Positions 57,228 to 64,000 of a DNA stretch of 64,000 bases are shown piece by piece (the stretch's first letter is position 1; each line of letters starts with the position of its first letter). Both the position numbers and the translations under genes were made by a program. A model generated the notes under the pieces. That model had not been told where the DNA came from and did not search any database. It saw only the letters and a list, made by a program, of their open reading frames with translations. The stretch is from contig CBDDDG010000021.1 in NCBI GenBank assembly GCA_965226555.1, forward strand, positions 160,001 to 224,000. Direction: 5' to 3'. The stretch comes from Salinispira sp. (GTDB lineage Bacteria > Spirochaetota > Spirochaetia > DSM-27196 > Salinispiraceae).

Positions 57228-57633
57228 AGTATGTTACCTCCTTCTAAGGTACTATGATTTTTTTGCCTCAGAAAAAATCTGACGAATTCCGACATTATTT
57301 CTGAGGTTGCTACAGAATAGCAGGTTTAGAAAATATGTGCCAGAACTTCCCCAACAAGGTTTTTTTTAGACCATTGCCGGAACTCTCATACGCATTCATG
57401 ATCTACTAATCATCAACACATCACAAAATTCCTAAGTATTTTACCCAATGAGAAACTGTGCGTCAAGCAAAAGTTTCAATGAGAATTTGGGAAGCTCTGG
57501 ACAACTATTCAATATCTCCCAAAATGAGTTAATTCCCGTACATCAGGGGGTCGAATATATGAACGCGCCATCAAAATTTCATAATACCATTGATGAATCG
57601 CAATTCAGTAAACACTGAGAGCAGGAGATATGT

Positions 57634-58119
57634 ATGAGTAATAAACCGATTAGCCCCGATGTCAGTACTGTGCTTTACCCGATTTTTGAGGGCATTGTGA
57701 AATCGCATGGTTATAGTATTGGTTCCAAAACCAAAGGATATGTCCGATTCACCTCAAAAAAACTGGCTGAACGCCTTCCCAAGGGAAATTCAGAATCGGA
57801 CAATACATGGAAGTATAGGGAGTTGTTTCTTTTTGAATTTGTGATCCGAAATAGTAAGAGCATTAGTCTTAAAGCAGTAATCGGTCCCGGAAATGAGAAA
57901 ATTGCCCAGAAAATTATGGACGCGATGCGGGAATCGGAATATTATAACTGGAAGCGATGTAATGTATGGTGCACGTTTTATTGGAAGCCATTCCCCTTGC
58001 CTCCGAAAGAGCTGGCAAATAAGGATGCAGGAGAAATACGAAGTGAGCTTGAAGCGCTAATTACCGCGGTCAAACCTGATATTGATGGGGTATTTCGTTT
58101 AATTGAGGCGCAATTCTGA
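57634..58119 (+). CDS. Hypothetical protein (possibly an isolated C-terminal domain of a nuclease)
   Basis: 161-aa ORF with SD AGGAG and motifs YVRFT, W....FLFEF and L..VIGPG. Family not confidently recognised. Confidence 0.6.
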   Translation: MSNKPISPDVSTVLYPIFEGIVKSHGYSIGSKTKGYVRFTSKKLAERLPKGNSESDNTWKYRELFLFEFVIRNSKSISLKAVIGPGNEKIAQKIMDAMRESEYYNWKRCNVWCTFYWKPFPLPPKELANKDAGEIRSELEALITAVKPDIDGVFRLIEAQF

Positions 58120-58135
58120 CCGGAAAGGATAAAAA

Positions 58136-58360
58136 ATGGATTATATCGTTTCTACGATAATCGGTATTATATTAATGGCCGGTATTGGAATTTTGGTAAT
58201 AATTTACTCGAACCAAGTCTATACATCTAACAAAGTCAATCATCGTCAGCATTCTCAAATACCGCGATCGGGTTTTTGGGTTGCCCGTTCTTCACAAAGG
58301 CATACGTTGCGCTCTCATCCCCATCGGCAATATCAAGCAATTCGGGGAAGGAAAGAATAG
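58136..58360 (+). CDS. Possible small membrane protein
   Basis: ATG after AAGGA and a strongly hydrophobic first 25 aa. The tail overlaps the fic 3' end, so it may be a remnant. Confidence 0.35.
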   Translation: MDYIVSTIIGIILMAGIGILVIIYSNQVYTSNKVNHRQHSQIPRSGFWVARSSQRHTLRSHPHRQYQAIRGRKE

Positions 58361-59408
58361 CAGGCCGACGTCCGGATCCTTCCCGTAAAACTCTCAGAAT
58401 GTTCTTGTCGGTCAGTTTCGTGAGCAGTCCAAATGCTGTTACTTTATGAATTGGAAGACGGGCCGCCAAGGCGCTTGTGCTGAAAATTGGTCGGTCAAAA
58501 ATTGCATCGAGTATGTGTCCGGTATACTGTGAATGGGTAATTTCCTGAATTCGTATTTTCATGGATTCATAGAGAGCCATAATCGCCTGTACCTTGTTAT
58601 TGTTATTTTTGGATTGCGTGGTAATTGCTTTCAGAAAGAATTCAATCCAACCATTCCAGTCGCCTTCCAGGGAAATAGTCTGCAAACGGGAATAATATTC
58701 CTCCCGGTGCGCTTCCAGATAGGAGCTCAAATAAAACATGGGCTGCGATAGCTTTTTTTTCTGAAAAAGAAAGAGAGGAATCAGAATGCGGCCAATACGG
58801 CCATTCCCATCTTTAAATGGATGCAGTAATTCAAATTGGGCATGGACGACCGCGGTCTGCAACAGTGAATCAATGTCATTATAGGCCAAATATTTCTGCC
58901 AGGCCTCCAGATGATCCTGCAGTTGCAGCGGATTGGGAGGCACGAAGGTCGCCTGTTCCATGGTGCAGCCATAACTGCCAATCCAGTTCTGATCGTTTCG
59001 GAATTCGCCGGGCGTTTTATTCTGACCGCGAACACTCGTGAGCAGAATTTTGTGAAGTTCGCGAACAAGCAAAAGATTTATCGTACGTTCAGCCAGGTAA
59101 TCATGCCCCAAACGTAAAGCATTACGATAATTTATAATTTCCTGAATATCTTTGCCTTTTTCCCCATCTTTAATTAGTCCGGCTTCCTGCTCCAGAACTT
59201 CATCGACAGTTGCTCGTGTACCTTCAATTTTTGAGGACAGGACTGCCTCATCATTTGTTAATGGTGAAAGCATTACGTGAGAATTGACAATTCCCTGCAA
59301 TAAACCATCATAGCGGGCAAGTTCTGCGTTTGCTTCACCAACAGCGCTAAGTAAACGTTCGTAATGTAAATTTTGAATTGGAAGATCATGTGGTATGTAT
59401 GGCTTCAT
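58236..59408 (-). CDS. Fic family protein (class II, N-terminal inhibitory helix, C-terminal HTH-like region)
   Basis: HPFKDGNGRIGR catalytic loop, SSKIEG inhibitory motif, PGEFR..QNWIG. Start placed at MKPYIP. Confidence 0.93.
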   Translation of the reverse strand: MKPYIPHDLPIQNLHYERLLSAVGEANAELARYDGLLQGIVNSHVMLSPLTNDEAVLSSKIEGTRATVDEVLEQEAGLIKDGEKGKDIQEIINYRNALRLGHDYLAERTINLLLVRELHKILLTSVRGQNKTPGEFRNDQNWIGSYGCTMEQATFVPPNPLQLQDHLEAWQKYLAYNDIDSLLQTAVVHAQFELLHPFKDGNGRIGRILIPLFLFQKKKLSQPMFYLSSYLEAHREEYYSRLQTISLEGDWNGWIEFFLKAITTQSKNNNNKVQAIMALYESMKIRIQEITHSQYTGHILDAIFDRPIFSTSALAARLPIHKVTAFGLLTKLTDKNILRVLREGSGRRPAILSFPELLDIADGDESATYAFVKNGQPKNPIAVFENADDD

Positions 59409-59428
59409 TATTCTTCTCCTTTCCTCCA

Positions 59429-59614
59429 TTTGTGTAGCCTATTTTGCATTTTACACTATACAAACAAGTTTGTGTAGTGTCCAATATACACAAAAGTATT
59501 TGTGTAGCCTATTTTGCGTTTTACACTACACAAAAATGTTTGTGTAGTGTCCAATATACACAAAAGTATTTGTGTAGCCTATTTTGCGTTTTACACTATA
59601 CAAACGTTTGTGTA
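59429..59614. repeat. 70-bp tandem repeat (2.6 copies) made of TACACAAA/TTTGTGTA palindromes
   Basis: Units start at 59431, 59501 and 59571. TTTGTGTA occurs at 59429, 59469, 59499, 59539, 59569 and 59607. Confidence 0.92.
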
Positions 59615-59670
59615 CCGCACGGGGTTGCGCGCCGCTTGCGCAGTTCGGCAAAATATCGTATTACTATAGT

Positions 59671-61122
59671 ATGGCGACAGATATTCTGGATTATGAACCT
59701 GAACTGCTCTGGCAGGAGTTTCAGGCAATTTCAAACATACCCCGCTGTACCGGCGCTGAAGCTCGGGTTCTTGAATATATACGGGGGCAGGCTGAGAGCC
59801 GGGGGCTGGCTGTCAGGCGCGATGAGGCCGGTAATATGCTGGTCTGCCTGCCTGCATCGGAAGGATGTGAGCGCATTCAGGGGATTATCATTCAGGCTCA
59901 TGTCGATATGGTCTGTGAGCAGAATATGAGCAGTACCCATAATTTTGACAGCAATTCCATCAGATTAAAAACTGATGGGGACTGGCTCAGCGCTGAGGGC
60001 ACGACCCTCGGCGCAGATAACGGCATTGCCGTTGCGATGATGCTGGCACTCATGAGGGGCGATTATCCGCACGGGCAACTGGAGCTTCTGTTCACAATAG
60101 ATGAGGAGGGCGGACTCATTGGCGCCCTCAAACTTGATCCGGATATCCTCAGCTACAAGCGGATGATTAATCTTGACAGTGAGGAAGAGGGCATTTTCTA
60201 CATCGGCTGCGCCGGTGGAATGGAAACAGTCGGTCATCTTCCGCTTACCTGGGAGAAGGCGCCTGCGCAGATGCTGAACTGCCGGATTTTTGTTTCCGGT
60301 CTGTCCGGCGGTCATTCCGGTACCGAAATTCACCGTCAGCTCGGAAACAGCCTCGTATTGGCAGGCAGGATTCTTCATAATCTTCCCGACAGCGCCCGTG
60401 TGTGTAATATTTTTGGCGGCGATCGGCATAATGCCATTCCCCGTGAGGCCTTTATTGATATTCTTATCCCCGCATCGGAAAAGAATGCTGTTAGCGAGAT
60501 CATCAGCACATATCTTCAGACCTTCCAGAGGGAGTTTTCCGCCTCTGAACCGGCGCTCAACATCGGTTTTGAGCTGCGGAACACTAATTATCCGGCACGC
60601 GTACTCCGCCGTGAATGTCGGAAAACACTCTCGGACCTGCTTATCAGTATTCCTCATGGTGTTCTGCGAATGAGCGCAATTGCCCCGGGGCTTGTGTCTG
60701 AAAGCACAAATTTTGCAGCTGTTCGAATTCAGGATGGAAACCTTCAGGTGCTCACATCTCAGCGCTCGGATATTCAGAGCCTCATTGAGGACGCTGGGAA
60801 CAGAACCGCCGCTCCCTTTTTTCTTGCGGGGGGAAGCGCTCGTTCTGCCCGTGAATACCCGGGATGGCAGCCGAACCCCGATTCCGAACTTCTGAAAGCG
60901 GCTCTTGCCGCATGGAAGCGGGAAACAGGGAAACATGCCGAGGTGAGAACCATTCATGCGGGTCTGGAGTGCGGTGTTATCGGCGCAAAAATGGATAATC
61001 CCGATATGATCAGCTTCGGTCCGGATATTCTCGGAGCGCATACCCCCGATGAGCGGACCAGTATTTCTTCCTGCAGCCGGGTCTTTACTTTTCTCCTGAA
61101 ATTCCTCGTATCGGTGAAATGA
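59671..61122 (+). CDS. pepD: Aminoacyl-histidine (beta-Ala-His) dipeptidase, M20C
   Basis: Motifs QAHVDMV, GTTLGADNGI, DEEGGL.GA, NLDSEEEG, GGHSG.EIH, IHAGLECG and AHTPDE. Confidence 0.93.
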   Translation: MATDILDYEPELLWQEFQAISNIPRCTGAEARVLEYIRGQAESRGLAVRRDEAGNMLVCLPASEGCERIQGIIIQAHVDMVCEQNMSSTHNFDSNSIRLKTDGDWLSAEGTTLGADNGIAVAMMLALMRGDYPHGQLELLFTIDEEGGLIGALKLDPDILSYKRMINLDSEEEGIFYIGCAGGMETVGHLPLTWEKAPAQMLNCRIFVSGLSGGHSGTEIHRQLGNSLVLAGRILHNLPDSARVCNIFGGDRHNAIPREAFIDILIPASEKNAVSEIISTYLQTFQREFSASEPALNIGFELRNTNYPARVLRRECRKTLSDLLISIPHGVLRMSAIAPGLVSESTNFAAVRIQDGNLQVLTSQRSDIQSLIEDAGNRTAAPFFLAGGSARSAREYPGWQPNPDSELLKAALAAWKRETGKHAEVRTIHAGLECGVIGAKMDNPDMISFGPDILGAHTPDERTSISSCSRVFTFLLKFLVSVK

Positions 61123-61281
61123 CCGGAGCCGGCTGGCTATTTTAGGAGCAAAATTTTCTGGTATATTAACGGCATTCAGAAGGTTGAATTCGCCATCTAT
61201 GCACACAACATGGTGACAAAGTCCGGCGATAGTAATTAATATCCTATCAGATTTGAAAGGAATATCTTCTACAAAGCGAGG

Positions 61282-62154
61282 ATGAAAAAATTTATGACTG
61301 AGAAGAAGACGATTATCGAAGTAAAGAAGCAAGCTTTGAGGTTGCTTAATCGCTATAGGAAGAAATATTTAGATCCAATTTATGGGCGCATGCCAGAACG
61401 AAAAAATTACAACCGTTCTGTAAGCTCTACATTTACAGAGCTTGACAATGGTACTTTGAAAAAAAGGATCAAGGAGGAAAAATTCGGAGAAGAAAGCGTT
61501 TCTGTTTGGCCAGGAATATACTGTATTGGTGATAAGCAAGAAAAGGCGCGGTATATTGGCAAGTCATTTAATGATGTTATGAAGCGACTTCGTAAACATT
61601 ATGATAACTGGTGGGGTGATAGAATCCGTAATAATTGGGTAATTATTCTTCTCTACAGCGAACTGTGGTGCTGTGATCATGAGTTTTTGGTCAGTTGTTT
61701 AGATGAATTTGTGGAATCGGAGAAAAAGACAGCAGACAAAGTGAAAAGGTATGCCTATAGTTGGCTTAACGGTAACAGGAAAGTTATTCTCGATCCAATT
61801 TATGGGGGCAAGCCTGAAAATACAAATTACAATTGGTCTTGTTGCTTTACTTTTGAGCAATTAACTGACGGATCGTTACAGAACACGATTGAAAATAAAC
61901 AGTTTGAAGGAGATAGTCTTGCGAATAGACCAGCAATATACTGTATCTATGATGGAGAAAATATTGTAACGGACATTAAAAAAACAAAAAAGGAAGTCTG
62001 GAAATCGCTCAATACATGTAAACCTACTCATGAAATCAGCAGGAATGGGGGAATTCTCCTTATCTACAGCAAGCTGTGGTTCTGTAATCATGAATTATTG
62101 GAAGAGGAATTGTGTCGATCTATCAAACTGGAATTCAACACGTACTATCAATAA
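61282..62154 (+). CDS. Protein with two tandem GIY-YIG-like domains
   Basis: PGIYCI...YIGKS...KRLRKH in the first half. Clear internal duplication (LDPIYG.....NYN and IYCI...YS.LW.C.HE each twice). AT-rich. Confidence 0.7.
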   Translation: MKKFMTEKKTIIEVKKQALRLLNRYRKKYLDPIYGRMPERKNYNRSVSSTFTELDNGTLKKRIKEEKFGEESVSVWPGIYCIGDKQEKARYIGKSFNDVMKRLRKHYDNWWGDRIRNNWVIILLYSELWCCDHEFLVSCLDEFVESEKKTADKVKRYAYSWLNGNRKVILDPIYGGKPENTNYNWSCCFTFEQLTDGSLQNTIENKQFEGDSLANRPAIYCIYDGENIVTDIKKTKKEVWKSLNTCKPTHEISRNGGILLIYSKLWFCNHELLEEELCRSIKLEFNTYYQ

Positions 62155-62185
62155 ATAATATCCGCCTGCGATCTCCTGAACCTCA

Positions 62186-62833
62186 TCAACCATCGTCCGA
62201 TTCCCGCGAATTCCCCTGCCCTCCGAGCAGATGTATCAGTATAAAACTGGCAAGGGTGAGAACAATGAGCGATATGACCGCAAGGGGTCCGGGAAGCTGG
62301 AGCATCTGGTTATAAATGAGGTGCCCGAGTATGATCAAAAAACGCAGTATTCTCCGGGACGGCAGAGGCCGGGAAAGGATGGCTCCGAAGGCTCCGCCGA
62401 TAACCATCTGAAGCGGTATACTTCCAAGAAGAGCCGAGCCGAACTCCGACAGTACAAAACTCTGTAAATAGGTCTCAAAAAGCCCGAAGCTCAGGCCGAG
62501 AAGTATGCCTGCGAGAATCCGCTGGCGGTGCATGTAACGCTGCTCAGGGCTCACATGGACCTTCGAACACAGAAATGATAAAAGTGATATTTTCAGCAGG
62601 TCTTCAAGAACGGGAGAGCTGAATACCTTGAAGGACTCATACCAACTCCCCAGTATGGTATCGAGAAGCAGCAGCAGCAGATATACCGCAAGCGTCAGAA
62701 CGGCGCCCGCGAGAACGTACAAAATAAGCTGCGTAGGAACAATGGACAGCCCGGTGCTGCGGGTGAATCGTTGAATAAATATCAGATTAAAGACACAGAA
62801 TATTATGAGCGGAAAAAAAATGAGAGACAGCAT
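62186..62833 (-). CDS. PrsW-like integral membrane protein
   Basis: Multiple TM segments. PVLEDLLK, G..FG.FE and H..YN resemble PrsW motifs. Confidence 0.55.
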   Translation of the reverse strand: MLSLIFFPLIIFCVFNLIFIQRFTRSTGLSIVPTQLILYVLAGAVLTLAVYLLLLLLDTILGSWYESFKVFSSPVLEDLLKISLLSFLCSKVHVSPEQRYMHRQRILAGILLGLSFGLFETYLQSFVLSEFGSALLGSIPLQMVIGGAFGAILSRPLPSRRILRFLIILGHLIYNQMLQLPGPLAVISLIVLTLASFILIHLLGGQGNSRESDDG

Positions 62834-62888
62834 CGTAACGGAAACCTCTCAAAACCCTTGTCTGTCGGCATGTTTGCCGGTAGTAGAT

Positions 62889-64000
62889 CTACACACTGAG
62901 AGTTTTTTCCTCCCATGCCCCCGCGCCCCCATGCTCCCATTCCTCCAGAATAGCGATGATTTTCTGCGCTGCAGCTTCGGCCGGTATGGTTATGCGGACA
63001 AAATCCGGCAGCCCGAAACTGTCGAGCTCCCGTATAATAATTCCGTTCCGCTCCATGAGGCGGGCAATGTTTCTGCCGGAGGGGTTTTTCATGCAGATGA
63101 AGTTTCCATGCGGTTCACAAAATTCAATGCCGGACTGAGTTAATCCTGCGCAGAGCAGGGCGCGTGAGGCGCGGTTTGTTTCTCTGCTGAGGGTGAGAAA
63201 AGTATTGTCGCTGAGCGCCGCAAGGGCTGCCTGCTGGGCAGGTCCGTTTGTATTAAAGGGCAGTTTCAGCCTGTGCAGACGGCGGATAATTTCTTCTGAG
63301 GCGAGCCCGTAGCCAACCCGGAGACTCGCAAGGCCGAATATCTTGGAAAAGGTGCCGCTCACCAGCAGGTTCGGGTACTCTGAAATGAGCGCGGCGCCGT
63401 CAAAAAAAGCGGGCACATCAAAAGAAGCGGTAGTGTCCGCATATTCACCGTAGGCCTGATCTAATACCACAAGAACATCTTCGGGCGTCTGTCCCAGAAG
63501 CCAGCGCAGTTTTTCTTCAGGAATAACAGCTCCCGTTGGGTTGTTCGGGGAGCAGAGAAAAATGAGCCGGGTGTTATTATCGACAGCAGCGGCAATGCCC
63601 TCAATGTCGTGGGCAATGGCGCTGGCAGATATGCGGGGAGGAACGGCGCGGTATGTCCCGCCGAAGAGTCCGGTAGCGAAGGAATACAGGCTAAAACTGT
63701 GGCGGCTTCCTACTGCGTTTTTCCCCGGTTCAATAACAGCTGCCGCGCAGAGATGAAAAATTTCACCGCTTCCGTTGGCGCAGATAACCTGCGAGCCCCG
63801 TACCCCCCGCCAGTCGGCAATGCCCTGCCGTAATTCTTCGGGAACAACATGCGGATAAACATTCAAATTACTCAGGTTCTCCGTCAGAATTTTCCGAGCT
63901 GCGGGACTTGACCCAAGCGGATTTTCATTGGAGGAGAGTTTCATATACCCAGGTCGGCTGCGGCCGGGGCTATATTCCCTGAGGGTATCAACATTCTTAC
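62889..64000 (-). CDS. hisC: Histidinol-phosphate aminotransferase, 5'-partial
   Basis: Motifs KLSSNENPLG, CSPNNPTG, DQAY.EY and TFSKIFGLASLRVGY. The frame stays open to the window edge (KNVDTLREYSPGR...). Confidence 0.93.
   Translation of the reverse strand, partial: KNVDTLREYSPGRSRPGYMKLSSNENPLGSSPAARKILTENLSNLNVYPHVVPEELRQGIADWRGVRGSQVICANGSGEIFHLCAAAVIEPGKNAVGSRHSFSLYSFATGLFGGTYRAVPPRISASAIAHDIEGIAAAVDNNTRLIFLCSPNNPTGAVIPEEKLRWLLGQTPEDVLVVLDQAYGEYADTTASFDVPAFFDGAALISEYPNLLVSGTFSKIFGLASLRVGYGLASEEIIRRLHRLKLPFNTNGPAQQAALAALSDNTFLTLSRETNRASRALLCAGLTQSGIEFCEPHGNFICMKNPSGRNIARLMERNGIIIRELDSFGLPDFVRITIPAEAAAQKIIAILEEWEHGGAGAWEEKTLSV

Noticed and set aside
59429..59614. Possible CRISPR array
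   Set aside because: The intervening sequences are themselves repeated (70-bp period) rather than unique spacers, and there are no cas genes in the window.
59444..59929. 161-aa Cys-rich ORF
   Set aside because: It is a translation of the 70-bp tandem repeat, overlapping pepD out of frame.
59965..61332. 455-aa minus-strand ORF
   Set aside because: It is mostly antisense to pepD, with no recognisable motifs. The same applies to 9502-10209, 21136-22029, 33715-34824, 48240-49160 and 50959-51906 opposite other well-supported genes.

Overview
This is bacterial DNA of roughly 50% GC. It is most likely from a spirochaete (FlgD-Ig/OmpA protein, NusG domain II protein, Bdr-like repeat protein) and probably a host-associated one; both points are inferred. 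Housekeeping genes (nagZ, rsmE, fabH, AddB/AddA-like pair, nadA, lipA, FNR-miaB-mtaB-SPL operon, pepD, hisC) surround a ~25 kb accessory region (23.2-48.0 kb). That region holds ten co-oriented ankyrin-repeat genes, most with export signals, built from a signal/N-cap, a variable number of ~102-bp repeats and a conserved C-cap. It shows clear traces of duplication, chimerism and IS3-linked truncation. Other notable elements: (1) two FN3+DUF285 lipoprotein paralogs with a G8 tract in the signal peptide, one in frame and one out of frame, a phase-variation candidate; (2) an Rpn nuclease with a perfect internal SD+ATG for a small RpnS protein; (3) a tandem GIY-YIG protein whose catalytic motifs appear split between its two halves; (4) an intact Type III R-M system, an orphan Mod and several disarmed defence or toxin relics; (5) three families of non-coding repeats: a 45-bp dispersed palindrome, a covarying hairpin motif and a 70-bp palindromic tandem array. 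No rRNA, tRNA, CRISPR array or reverse transcriptase was recognised. All calls come from reading motifs by eye, with no database search.
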